64,000 bases of DNA from Kiritimatiellia bacterium (GCA_040767085.1 JAXGPF010000003.1:547572-611571), one strand, 5' to 3'; positions 49,387 through 59,396 are shown, counted from the first letter of the stretch. The notes: generated by a model from the sequence alone, not told the origin. A program made the numbers and translations.

Positions 49387-50955
49387 TCATCCTCCGCGGC
49401 GGCGCAGCGCGCCCAGCACTTCGCGCGCTTCGCGGCACCGGCAGGCGAAAGCGGTCCCCAGGTAAACCAGGGCGCCGCCGGCAATGGCGGCTGCCAACGC
49501 CAGGATGGCGCTGAGTTTGGGCGGGCAACCGCCGGCCAGGCAAGCCGCCAGGGCGCAATCCTGCGCCATGAGCGCCGCCAGGACCATGACCGCAGTCGGC
49601 GCCAGCATGCGCAAGACGGATAAGACTATGTCGCGCCAGCCCGGCGACCCATCGCGCCGGTGCACCAGCACCGCCAGGACGATCACATGAACCGTGGAAG
49701 CCACCACCGTGGCCACGGCGATGCCGGCATGGCGCAGCGGCCACATCAGGATCAGATTTAAGACGAGGTTCAGGCAAGAACAGGCGATGCCCACCTTCAC
49801 AGGAGTGCGCATGTCCTGCCGGGCGTAGAACACCGGCACCAGCACCTTCAACAGACTGAACACCACCAGGCCCGGAGCGTAACAGGCCAGCGCCAGCGCC
49901 GTCATCCGCGCGGTTTGTTCGGTGAAATCACCATGCTGGTAAACCACTCTGACGATCGGCCCGGCCAGGAACAACATGCCGGCCGCCGCCGGCAGCGTGA
50001 TGAACAATATCTGCCGCAAGGCGTAATTCAAGGTCGCGCGGACGCGCTCCGGCCGGGCCTGGGCGGCATGGATCGAGAGCGTGGGCAGCAGCACGGTGCC
50101 CAGGGCGGTGGCGAAAATTCCCAGGGGCAGATAAATCAGGCGCTCGGCGTAATAAAGGTAGGACGGACTGCCCTGTCCGATCCAGACGGCGATAAAGCGG
50201 TCCAGCAGAACGTTGATTTGGGTGACGCCGACCCCGATGGAGGCGGCGGCCATCAGGCGCAACACCCGCCGCACCCGGGCGTCGCGCCAGTCGTAATCCA
50301 GGCGCAGGCGGAATCCCTGCCGCAGCAGCGCCCATAAAGGAACCGCGGCCTGCAGCAGGCCGGCCGCCAGGACGCTCCACGCCACCACCCGCATGCGGCC
50401 GCTGCCCGCCGGGTCGAGCCGCGGGCAAAGCAGGAGGAGCACGCCCAGCATGACCAGGTTCAAAATCACCGGCACCGCCGCCGGCAGGGCAAACCGGCGC
50501 AAGGCGTTCAGCATGGCCGAAAAGAAGGCGGCCAGGCAGATGAACAGCAGGTACGGCAGCATGATCAGCAGCAATTCCCCGATCAAAAGCAGCCGGGCGC
50601 TCAGCGGCGCAAATCGCATGGCCGCCGCCACTGCCAACAAGCCGGCCAAGGTCAGCACGGTCAGGACCACGACCAGCAGCGAGCACATGCGCAGAGCGAA
50701 TTCCCATACCTGCCGCCGGCCCTGCTTCTCCAGCGTTTCGGTAAAAACCGGCACAAACGCCGACGAGAGGGCGCCTTCGCCGAACAGCCCCCGGAACAGG
50801 TTGGGGATGGTGAACGCCACCACAAAGGCATCCATCGCCATGGAACTGCCGAACATGGCGGCCATCTGCATGTCACGCAGCAGGCCGAACAGGCGGCTGA
50901 TCATGATCCAGGCGCCGACTGTGCCCGCCGATCGTATGATCTTGCGCGATTCCAA
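49387..50955 (-). CDS. murJ: Lipid II flippase MurJ (MviN)
   Basis: SRLFGLLRD, AFTIPNLFRGLFGEGA, YYAERLIYLPLG, FYARQDMRTPV. Confidence 0.95.
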   Translation of the reverse strand: MESRKIIRSAGTVGAWIMISRLFGLLRDMQMAAMFGSSMAMDAFVVAFTIPNLFRGLFGEGALSSAFVPVFTETLEKQGRRQVWEFALRMCSLLVVVLTVLTLAGLLAVAAAMRFAPLSARLLLIGELLLIMLPYLLFICLAAFFSAMLNALRRFALPAAVPVILNLVMLGVLLLLCPRLDPAGSGRMRVVAWSVLAAGLLQAAVPLWALLRQGFRLRLDYDWRDARVRRVLRLMAAASIGVGVTQINVLLDRFIAVWIGQGSPSYLYYAERLIYLPLGIFATALGTVLLPTLSIHAAQARPERVRATLNYALRQILFITLPAAAGMLFLAGPIVRVVYQHGDFTEQTARMTALALACYAPGLVVFSLLKVLVPVFYARQDMRTPVKVGIACSCLNLVLNLILMWPLRHAGIAVATVVASTVHVIVLAVLVHRRDGSPGWRDIVLSVLRMLAPTAVMVLAALMAQDCALAACLAGGCPPKLSAILALAAAIAGGALVYLGTAFACRCREAREVLGALRRRGG

Positions 50956-50970
50956 ACCGGCCCCCTCCCG

Positions 50971-51807
50971 TTATTCCGGATTGTGTTGAAGGCGGTTGGC
51001 CGGCGGCGGAGACGGCGGGAGGGCCTCATCCGGCCGGGACTGCGCGCCGCCGCCGACATGCGACAGTTCCCATAACTTGGCGTATTTCAAAAACACGCCC
51101 GTGGCCGTGAGGGTCGAGATGATCAAGCCGCGAATGCCGGCGCAAAAACCGCGTTTCAGGAAGTAGCCCTTGAAAAACCGGAACAACGGCCGGAAGATCA
51201 AGTCCAGAATGCTGAACCGCCGCCCATCCTGGTGCATGCCGGCGGCGGAGATGGTGGAAAACCGGTTGAGCGTAGCCATCTGATCGGAAAGGTCGTCATA
51301 AGTGTAATGGAACAGGCAGCCGTTAAGTTTCTTCACCGGACCCTGGACCGCCACGTAATCGTGCGGCTCGCGGCCGGTGCAGATGCCCCGTTCCTTTAAA
51401 AACAGGCGGGTCTTGATATCCGGCCACCATTCCCCGTGCGTGATCCACTTGCCCAGGAAAAACACCTTGCGGGGGAATTTGTATCCGGCGTAATGCCGGT
51501 TGCGCCCGCTGTCGAATTCCGCGAGAATTTCGTCGCGCAATTCCGGCGACACTTCCTCGTCGGCATCCACGAAAAACAACCAGGGATGGCTGGCCATCTG
51601 CTTGATCAATTCTTTCTGGCCCACGTAGCCCAGCCAGGCATGCTGGTACACCCGCTCGGTGTAAGCCCGGCAGATTTCCACCGTCCGGTCGCGGCTGAAA
51701 CTGTCAACCACCACAATCTCGTCCACCCACCGCAAGCTCTCCAGGCACCGGCGGATGTTGGCTTCCTCGTTGCCGACGGTCAAACAGGCTGAAATTTTGT
51801 CGCGCAT
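50971..51807 (-). CDS. Glycosyltransferase family 2 (WaaE/LgtF-like)
   Basis: NEEANIRRCL, VVDSFSRDRT, FVDADE, HYTY, FFKGYFLKRGF. Confidence 0.9.
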   Translation of the reverse strand: MRDKISACLTVGNEEANIRRCLESLRWVDEIVVVDSFSRDRTVEICRAYTERVYQHAWLGYVGQKELIKQMASHPWLFFVDADEEVSPELRDEILAEFDSGRNRHYAGYKFPRKVFFLGKWITHGEWWPDIKTRLFLKERGICTGREPHDYVAVQGPVKKLNGCLFHYTYDDLSDQMATLNRFSTISAAGMHQDGRRFSILDLIFRPLFRFFKGYFLKRGFCAGIRGLIISTLTATGVFLKYAKLWELSHVGGGAQSRPDEALPPSPPPANRLQHNPE

Positions 51808-51950
51808 ATAGGACAACCAATACTATTTTCAGATGATTTTTGCCATACTAAATTTTTCCCGTTGCTTTGAGCTTGCGGCCCGGCTGGGGCATAGCTTATA
51901 CTGGCGGCGATGTTGGTCCTGAAATCGTCAAGCTTGGGAAGGAACCGTTC

Positions 51951-52742
51951 ATGCAAAAAATCGGCTGGATGTTTTGCTTGCTATGCGCGTGCCTGTGCGC
52001 CGCCGGCTGCCGGGCGCCGCACCCCTCCAGGAGCGCCGCGGAACCGGCGCTTTACATTGGCATTACCCCGGATTACCCGCCGCTGATCTTCAAGCAAAAC
52101 AAGGCTGTCGCCGGCATCGAAGCCGATCTGGCCAACGAACTCGGGAAGCTGCTGAATGTCCCCGTTAAATTCGTCGAACTGCCCTGGCCGGAACAGATCA
52201 ACGCGCTGCTGGCGGACAAAACCGACATCATCATGTCCGGCATGTCCATCACCGACGCCCGCCGGGTGCGGATCAGTTTCAGCGATCCCTGGCTGCAACT
52301 GGGGCTGATGCCCCTGGTGCGCAGCAAGGATGCCTTGAGGTACAGCCGGCCGGAGACGCTGCTGGCGGGCAATGCCAATATCGGAGTGCAAAAGGGTTCC
52401 ACCGCCGACGCCTTCGTCAACCGGCATTACCTGGGCGTCAACAGCATCACCTACCTCGACCCCAAAGACGCGCCATTTTACCTGGTCAACCGCAAGATGG
52501 ATGTCTTCATCCACGACGCCCCGGCCGTGATCTGGATGGCCTCGGAAAACGAGGCAGAACTGGCCGCCCTGCCATACATCCTGACCAAGGAAACGATCGC
52601 CTGGGGCATGCGCAAGGATGACGCCGCGCTGCTCAAAACCGTCAATGGCGCTTTGGCCCGCTGGCGCCAGGACGGCACCCTGGACCGCATTCTGGCCAAG
52701 TGGCTGCCCTTGCCCAAGGAGCTGTATCGCGCGGCGCCGTAA
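51951..52742 (+). CDS. Amino-acid ABC transporter substrate-binding protein (SBP family 3), probable lipoprotein
   Basis: Signal with AAGC lipobox; DYPP, GIEADL, DIIMSGMSITDAR, FSDPW. Confidence 0.88.
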   Translation: MQKIGWMFCLLCACLCAAGCRAPHPSRSAAEPALYIGITPDYPPLIFKQNKAVAGIEADLANELGKLLNVPVKFVELPWPEQINALLADKTDIIMSGMSITDARRVRISFSDPWLQLGLMPLVRSKDALRYSRPETLLAGNANIGVQKGSTADAFVNRHYLGVNSITYLDPKDAPFYLVNRKMDVFIHDAPAVIWMASENEAELAALPYILTKETIAWGMRKDDAALLKTVNGALARWRQDGTLDRILAKWLPLPKELYRAAP

Positions 52743-52869
52743 CTCCGGCGAGGGCCGCCGTATTTGAGAGGTTTCCTTCCTCAGGGAGGGCGAGCAACGC
52801 GCCGTCAAGGGCAGACCCTGCGCGGCATAGCGCTGGCGGCGCGGGGCGCCCTACCCCGGATTGTCATTC

Positions 52870-54546
52870 CTATGCATCAAGCTTGCGCCGGCATAACACC
52901 CGGCCGGCGCCGATCATTACCGCCGCCGCCAGCACGAAAAGCATCAGGCTGAATACGCCGATAAACCGGCTGCCGCCGTGTAAATTGGTCCATGACAGTT
53001 GCCATAGCGCCACCATCGTGGTCACCGCCATGAACAAGAGCGGCACACCGGCGAACCAGGCCGGCAGCCGCGACCGGCGCAGCCACAGGAAAACACACAG
53101 CAAGGCCAGCGCCGCCAGCAGCTGATTGGATGCGCCGAAGGCCGGCCAGACCGCCTGCCAGGCCGGGATCAAGCGGCCATCCGGTCCGGGAATGTTTTGG
53201 AAGGTGACCACCGCCGGTATGGCCAGCACCCCCAGCGTGGTCAGCACCCGGTTCTTCAAATCGCTTTGCAGCCCGAAAAATTCCTGGACGACAAACCGCG
53301 CCAGGCGGGTGCAGGTATCCAGGGTGGTCAGCAGAAACGTGCTGACCGCCAGCATGCCGAAGGTGGAAGCGCCGGACGCGTCCAAACCCAGCGAGCTGAT
53401 AAAGACGCCTAACCCGCCGGCGAAAATCTGCACCGGGTTGTCCGCGCTTTTCCGGCTTAAAATCATCACCGACGCCAGCGCCAGCAGCGCCAGCAACCCC
53501 TCCACCAGCATGCCGCCATACCCGATGCGCCGCGCCGAACTTTCACGGCGCAATTGCTTGGCCGAAGTGCCCGACGCCACAATCGCGTGAAATCCGCTCA
53601 CCGCGCCGCAGGCGATCGTGATGAACAAGGCCGGGAAAATCAGGCCCAAATGGCTGTCGCGCCACCCGATGAAAGCCGGATACTGGATCGCCGCCTGGCC
53701 CTGCCACCCGGCCATCAACAAACCCGTCGCACCGCCCGCCAGGCAGGCGTAAAGTAGGAAAGATGACAGGTAATCGCGCGGTTGCAGCAACATCCAGACC
53801 GGCAGTATGGAAGCCACCAGGCAATAGGCCAGCAGGATGACGATCCAGAAATTTTTGACCGAACCCGCCACCGTCGGAAGGTATTCCGGCAACAGCGGCC
53901 AGTGCATCCCCGCCAGCATGCCAACAAAGACCAACGGCACGAATATCAAACTCGCGCCCAGCAGGGAAAAATGCCAGCGGTAAACGGCGAAGCCGAAGGC
54001 CAGCGCCAGCAGAATATACAAAACCGCCGCACTGGCCACCGCTCCGCTTTGACGGGCGCTCTCAGCCGTCGGCGCCACCGGCGCGAACCCCGACGCCGTC
54101 AGGTCCAGGAAGACGATAATCACGTAGATCAAAGTGAAAACGATGAAAACCAGGAAGGACATGTATATCGGGCGCGGCAGCAGCGTCCGGCAGATTTCGC
54201 CGATCGAGCGTCCGCCGTTGCGGATGCTGGCCACCATGGCCGTGTAGTCATGCACGCCGCCCACAAAAATGGAGCCCAGGATAATCCACAGGGCGGCCGG
54301 CAGCCAGCCGAAGGCCAGTCCGGCCACGATGGGCCCCACGATCGGCCCGGCGCCGGCAATGGAACTGAAGTGATGCCCGAAAAGCACGGGATCGGCCGCC
54401 GGCACGTAATCCACGCCGTCTTCCAATTGGCAGGCCGGCGTGGGTCGGCTGTCCGAAATCTCCATCTTGCGCTCCAGCCAGCGTCCATAAAGCCGATAAG
54501 CCAGCCCGAAGAGCGCCATGCCCGACAAAAAATACAAAATGATCAT
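52870..54546 (-). CDS. cstA: Carbon starvation protein A family transporter
   Basis: DGVDYVP, GHHFSSIAGAGPIVGP, FITIACGAVSGFH, GYGGMLVEG, WPAFGASNQLLA. Confidence 0.95.
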   Translation of the reverse strand: MIILYFLSGMALFGLAYRLYGRWLERKMEISDSRPTPACQLEDGVDYVPAADPVLFGHHFSSIAGAGPIVGPIVAGLAFGWLPAALWIILGSIFVGGVHDYTAMVASIRNGGRSIGEICRTLLPRPIYMSFLVFIVFTLIYVIIVFLDLTASGFAPVAPTAESARQSGAVASAAVLYILLALAFGFAVYRWHFSLLGASLIFVPLVFVGMLAGMHWPLLPEYLPTVAGSVKNFWIVILLAYCLVASILPVWMLLQPRDYLSSFLLYACLAGGATGLLMAGWQGQAAIQYPAFIGWRDSHLGLIFPALFITIACGAVSGFHAIVASGTSAKQLRRESSARRIGYGGMLVEGLLALLALASVMILSRKSADNPVQIFAGGLGVFISSLGLDASGASTFGMLAVSTFLLTTLDTCTRLARFVVQEFFGLQSDLKNRVLTTLGVLAIPAVVTFQNIPGPDGRLIPAWQAVWPAFGASNQLLAALALLCVFLWLRRSRLPAWFAGVPLLFMAVTTMVALWQLSWTNLHGGSRFIGVFSLMLFVLAAAVMIGAGRVLCRRKLDA

Positions 54547-54674
54547 GAGCGGAAAGTCCTTTCAACCGGATTTTGCGTTGAAATCAACGCTTAATCCGTA
54601 AACATAGGACTCCCGCCGCGAATTTTCAAGCTGGAAAATGGCGGACTGGCGAATGCGGCGTCCGGATTTTCCAC

Positions 54675-54703
54675 TTGCATTTTCAACCGGGGTTTTTTAC
54701 ATT
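54675..54703 (+). promoter_or_regulatory. Putative sigma70 promoter of tRNA-Lys
   Basis: TTGCAT-17 bp-TACATT followed by a GC-rich discriminator. Confidence 0.55.
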
Positions 54704-54709
54704 GGCGCC

Positions 54710-54782
<73 letters not shown>

Positions 54783-54932
54783 CCCCCCTTTTCAGGCCTT
54801 CCAATGCGGTTTTCCCCTGTATCCATGCGGGTTTGCCGCGGTTGCGCGTTGTCATTAATTGCGCTTGTGCGGCACTGTTTGCCGCTGATAAAGGGGGTTT
54901 GAAAGTCTAGCAGTGGTCTCGCCGTTGGTTTT

Positions 54933-55079
54933 TTACCACTTGAACCCGCATTTCGGGCATTCGTTTTGGGTGTTGTTTTGGGTGCCCTGCGGCTCGGCGT
55001 CCTGGCCCTCGGGCGGAACTGCGGTCATCATTTCTTCAAGCGCCGCCTCATCGAAGCCGGATAGGCTCATGTCCAGCGA
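54933..55079 (-). pseudogene. C-terminal fragment of a phage-type ParB-like/zinc-ribbon protein
   Basis: Manual translation SLDMSLSGFDEAALEEMMTAVPPEGQDAEPQGTQNNTQNECPKCGFKW*; in-frame stop a short distance upstream. Confidence 0.5.
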
Positions 55080-55136
55080 GCGGTTGATTATGGCCTGCTG
55101 TTGCCAAAGGGTTTGCGCTCGACCAGACGCTTATGG

Positions 55137-57221
55137 TTATTCCACAACAATCGTTACCTGGGAAACCATAATTGGTCCGTCCAGACGCAGAATGCCATCC
55201 ATCGGATAGTCCACCGCAAACCAGATATTGTAGGTCCCCGGCGCCAGGTACAGGTCCCGTGCCACCTCCAGGCGCGGTAGGTTCATCAGCGGGCCCTGGT
55301 AGGCCGGCCGGCAATTCGACAGGTTGCCGTCAAACGGGATGAAGTTCATGTCGCGGTTCAGGTAGTACCAGAGGTTCCCGCTGTGCGCATACGCTGCAAA
55401 CCACCAGTCCACGTTGATACCAAGGTATTCGGCAGGCAGATTCATCATTTCCACGGCAATGGTGATAGCATCCGCGGCGCGGAGTCGGATATTGTCGCCC
55501 ACCATGCCGTTCACGCTGACCAGCGGGCCGACCACCCCGGGATAACCGGTGTCCGGCTCGCTGCAGGCGCTGACAATGCCGGCGTCAACGGACTTGACCC
55601 AGTAGTAATATGTGGTTTGGGCGGCGGACGTCATGTCATCATAACTCACGCCCGCCACTCCGCCGGCAAGCTGCCTGGCTGTTTCGGAATCATTGGAAGT
55701 GTTCCGCCAGATTTCGTAGGCGGCCGCGCCGGGGACGGCGTTCCAAGTCACGCGCACCTTGTTAGTGTAGGCGCCATCCGAAGCCGACACTCCGGACGGC
55801 GGCAGCGCCTGGCTCACTGTCAATGTCGCCACCGCGCTCGTGGACACTCCGGCGGCGTTGCTGATCACGCAGCGATATTCCCCCGCGTCAGCCAAGGTGA
55901 CGGCGGCGATGCCATGGGTCGCGCTGGTGGCCGCAAACACGTTGGCGGAATCTTTCTGCCACTGGTAAAACAAGGGGGCCGTATTCTGCGCCGTCACGGC
56001 AAAGTCCGCGGCCGTGCCCACCAGGTTGGTGCGTGATTGCGGCTGGCCGGTGATCACCGGCGGCGCCAACAGTTTCACAACCCAGTAGTCGGCATCACCG
56101 CGCGTCTCTTCCGACTTGTCGCCATCCGCACCGGAACAGGAATCCACCGCCAAAACAAACGCGCCGTCCCGCGTGGCCTGGAGCCCGGCGGAGTAATCGT
56201 TGCCGGAACCGCCGAAGCGCTTGTCCCATTCCTTGGCCCCAGCGCTGGACATCTTTACGATCCAATAGTCGGCGCCGCCGCGGGAGGGTTCGGTCTTGTC
56301 CCCATCCGCGCCCGACTCCGAATAGCCCGCCAGGATATACCCGCCGTCGGACGTCTGCTGAATTACGCCGCCCGCATCATAGGCGGCGCCCCCGAAACGC
56401 TTGTCCCATTCCTTCACGCCGGCGCTGGACATTTTCACGACCCAATAATCGTAATCGCCTCGAGACGTCTCGCTTTTGTCGCCGGTGATGCCGGACGAAG
56501 AACAACCGGCCACGACATACCCGCCGTCGCGCGTCTGGCAAATTGTCCCGCATTCCTCATATCCGGCGCCGCCGAAACGCTTGTCCCATTCCTTCGCGCC
56601 GGCGCTGGACATTTTCACGACCCAATAATCGCCAAGGCCCCAGGCAGCCTCGGTCTTGTCCCCGCCGGCGCCGGAGCGCGATTCACCGCACAAAATATAA
56701 CCGCCGTCTTGCGTCGCCTGTATTTCCCCAAAACCAAAATCATCGCCGGAACCGCCGAAGCGCTTGTCCCATTCCTTCGCCCCGGCGCTGTCCATCTTTA
56801 CAATCCAATAGTCGGCGCCGCCGCGGGTGGGCTCGGTCTTGTCCCCACCCGCGCCGGACTCCGAATCGCCCGCCAGGATATATCCGCCGTCGGCCGTCTG
56901 CTGAACCGCTAAGCAATAATCATCGCCGGAACCGCCGAAGCGTTTGTCCCATTCCTTCAGCCCGGAGCTGTTGACCTTGACAAGCCAATAGTCACTGCCG
57001 CCTTGTGAGGCTTGGGTTTTATCGCCATCCACGCCGGATTCGGAGGTGCCGGCCACGATGTAACCGCCGGAGTGCGCTGGACATATCGCGCCGGCAGAGT
57101 CATATCCGGCGCCGCCGAAACGCTTGTCCCATTCCTTGACCGGCAGGCCGGCTACGGTTTCACCGATCAACATCAAGATCAATCCGCCAACCGGCCAAAG
57201 CCGCATTAATTTAACTTGCAT
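55137..57221 (-). CDS. Secreted repeat protein: ~7 WDKRFGG propeller repeats, Ig-like, FN3-like and an unknown C-terminal domain
   Basis: GGAGG RBS and ATG 57221; repeated KEWDKRFGG...DGGY(I/V)..G...DYW(I/V)VK; PVITGQPQS...YQWQKD...YRCVISN; VRVTWNAV...YYYWVKS. Confidence 0.8.
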   Translation of the reverse strand: MQVKLMRLWPVGGLILMLIGETVAGLPVKEWDKRFGGAGYDSAGAICPAHSGGYIVAGTSESGVDGDKTQASQGGSDYWLVKVNSSGLKEWDKRFGGSGDDYCLAVQQTADGGYILAGDSESGAGGDKTEPTRGGADYWIVKMDSAGAKEWDKRFGGSGDDFGFGEIQATQDGGYILCGESRSGAGGDKTEAAWGLGDYWVVKMSSAGAKEWDKRFGGAGYEECGTICQTRDGGYVVAGCSSSGITGDKSETSRGDYDYWVVKMSSAGVKEWDKRFGGAAYDAGGVIQQTSDGGYILAGYSESGADGDKTEPSRGGADYWIVKMSSAGAKEWDKRFGGSGNDYSAGLQATRDGAFVLAVDSCSGADGDKSEETRGDADYWVVKLLAPPVITGQPQSRTNLVGTAADFAVTAQNTAPLFYQWQKDSANVFAATSATHGIAAVTLADAGEYRCVISNAAGVSTSAVATLTVSQALPPSGVSASDGAYTNKVRVTWNAVPGAAAYEIWRNTSNDSETARQLAGGVAGVSYDDMTSAAQTTYYYWVKSVDAGIVSACSEPDTGYPGVVGPLVSVNGMVGDNIRLRAADAITIAVEMMNLPAEYLGINVDWWFAAYAHSGNLWYYLNRDMNFIPFDGNLSNCRPAYQGPLMNLPRLEVARDLYLAPGTYNIWFAVDYPMDGILRLDGPIMVSQVTIVVE

Positions 57222-57361
57222 GACAGTTCCTCCACCGGTAATTGATATGATATCGCTTTTAACCCGAGGCGTGGGAGCGCCCGGTACAACCGGCATAATT
57301 CCGCGTTTAACCGTTCTACGGTATGCATTTTGCAAAACACGGGGGGCAATGTCAAGTTCGG

Positions 57362-57433
57362 GCTGAACGAAGCAACTCACCCTTGAGGAGACCGCGCAGC
57401 GGGCGCCGAATAGGGTGCGGTTGATGGTTGTGC
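57362..57433 (-). other. Integron attC-like recombination site (72 bp)
   Basis: Minus strand GCACAAC (R'') ... AACCGCACCCT / AGGGTGAGTT (L boxes with an unpaired base) ... GTTCAGC (R'); overlaps the end of the cassette ORF. Confidence 0.72.
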
Positions 57434-58035
57434 ACGCTCCTGTGATTTCTCGTAGTTACGCCAGTTGGTCAGGGCATCGAGTTCGAGTTCTTCAAGTTGC
57501 TTCGGTGTGGGGGCGAGGAATCTGATCTGCACATTCCGGATCCTCGGTTCAGCTTTGCGGATGCACTTGACGATGAAGCCCGGCATGCCTGCCGTGCCAT
57601 TGGGGCTGTTCGCCGCCGCGATCTTGGTTCCATCCAGAAACGCCGTGATACGGTCTGATTCGGCTTTCATCCGGAAGTCATACCATCTGGCATTCTCGAT
57701 GGTGACCGGGGTGGTGGAGATGAGAGCCGTCCCCTGCTTCTGGTGGGAGTAGTAGGCAAGATTCAGACACAGGGGCAGGATCTGGCATTAGACGCTGCTC
57801 CCCACGGCAGCAAGCTCGACTTGGAAATAGGAATCGTCCGCATGCCGTGTCACTAGAACCTCAGCCCTGAGAATGTAATTGTCCCAGGACATGCCTCCGA
57901 CCTCTGCCCGGACGTCGGGACCATGAAAGACGAATGTATCGCCTTCAATTCGAAACTCATCCGGGGGCCATGCACCCATTTGCTCAGGTCACCGCCAGGT
58001 GTAAGGTCAATCCAGTCTGTGGGTCTTGTGTCCAT
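57377..58035 (-). pseudogene. Degraded cassette gene, DUF1080/ConA-like beta-sandwich
   Basis: MDTRPTDWIDLTPGGDLSKW, frameshift near 57975, GAWPPDEF...WDNYILRAEV..., in-frame TAA at 57788-57790, then CQILPL...WYDFRMKAESDRITAFLDG...RIRNVQIR. Confidence 0.65.
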
Positions 58036-58043
58036 TCTCTTCT

Positions 58044-58063
58044 GCCCAACAGTATTATTAAGC
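58044..58063 (-). other. Candidate attI/cassette 5' crossover site
   Basis: Minus strand GCTTAATAATACT-GTTGGGC, 8 bp before the cassette ATG. GTTGGGC is complementary (1 mismatch) to the R'' GCACAAC of the downstream attC. Confidence 0.5.
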
Positions 58064-58193
58064 CTACCTCGTGAAAGCTGAATGGCCGGTTGGGTTATGT
58101 ATTTTATAACTCCGAGGTGCCCCATTGTTAAATGCCCATTCATTTGACTGTCAATTGATTATCCTGCCTGCGCGCTTGTTTTCGAGGTCGGCT

Positions 58194-59396
58194 TTATGCT
58201 CCCCCTTGCTGTTCTTGGCGTCGTGGCGGTTCATTCTTCCCGTTGCCCATTGCCGATAAACCGTCCATGTATTGCCGATATATTGCCGATAAACCGTAGG
58301 TGCGCGCCTTGCGGGAAGGATCGGTCATTTCCAACCACCCGTCTGCAATCCAAGCATTCAACAGCACCCTGGCCATCCGATCGGAAAGCCCCAGCGCTTC
58401 GGCAACGTCACCCGCTGCAATCTGTTCCTGCCGGGCGAAAAGCGCCAGAACGGTTCGCGCCCGGCGGTCAAGCCGCCGTAGAAAGGCGGGTTCAGGCTGC
58501 ACTCCGGCGGCCACCAATCGCCGGGCCTCGGTGGCGACGGCGTCGAAGATCTGCGCCAGCGTCGCCGCGTAGTATTCGAGCCAACCGCTCAAGTCCGCCG
58601 CCTCCCGGCCCATGTAATAGTTGTGGTGCGGGTGAACAACAAGGGCGGCGTAGTATTCGGCCAGATCGCGCGCATAGAACTCCTCGACGGAAAGGAATCC
58701 GTTCAGGCCATAGCCGTACCGATGAAGGATGAATGTCGCCAACAACCGCGCCGTGCGACCGTTGCCGTCGTAGTACGGGTGAATGGTAACGAACTGATAG
58801 TGGGCCAGGCCGGCGATGACGGGGATGGGAACATCCGCGCCCAGGGCCGATTCGATCCACTTCACGAGCCCCTGCATCAGTCCCGGCACATCTTTGGCCT
58901 CGGGGGGCAGGTAAACGAGAGCGCCGCTGGCGGCATCCCGAATGGCATTCTGTCCGTCCCGGTACGGTGTGGGCCTTGCGCGTGGCCCCTTTTCGACCAG
59001 AGCGTGCAATCGCCGGACCAGTTCCTCCGTTACCGTGCGGCCCTTTTCCGCCCATTCTTCAACCCGCAAGCGGGCATTCCAGTAATTTCGCACCTCGGAC
59101 ACATCGCGTTCCCGTCCGTGGAAAACCGCCCGGTCATCGCGAATCGCCCGTTCGGCCTCGTCAAGCGTTAGCCGGTTCCCCTCGATCCGTGTGGAAAAGT
59201 GTGTGGAGCGCACCCGCGCCTGCCGCCGCAGCTCGGCCTCGACCGGCGGCGGAATCGGGATATGCGCCACCTCCGCCCGCGCCGCCTCGATCCGCATCAG
59301 TCCTTTCGCGGCCTTCGGCGTGATGCTGAAAACCGGCGTCCAGCTCCTTCGTGTCTTCGTATCTTCGTGTGAGTCTATTCCGGGCTTCTGCTTCAT
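58194..59396 (-). CDS. Fic family protein with C-terminal winged HTH
   Basis: HPYYDGNGRTAR Fic motif; N-terminal STRIEGN inhibitory motif; C-terminal HTH (DVAEALGLSDRMAR). Confidence 0.93.
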   Translation of the reverse strand: MKQKPGIDSHEDTKTRRSWTPVFSITPKAAKGLMRIEAARAEVAHIPIPPPVEAELRRQARVRSTHFSTRIEGNRLTLDEAERAIRDDRAVFHGRERDVSEVRNYWNARLRVEEWAEKGRTVTEELVRRLHALVEKGPRARPTPYRDGQNAIRDAASGALVYLPPEAKDVPGLMQGLVKWIESALGADVPIPVIAGLAHYQFVTIHPYYDGNGRTARLLATFILHRYGYGLNGFLSVEEFYARDLAEYYAALVVHPHHNYYMGREAADLSGWLEYYAATLAQIFDAVATEARRLVAAGVQPEPAFLRRLDRRARTVLALFARQEQIAAGDVAEALGLSDRMARVLLNAWIADGWLEMTDPSRKARTYGLSAIYRQYMDGLSAMGNGKNEPPRRQEQQGGA

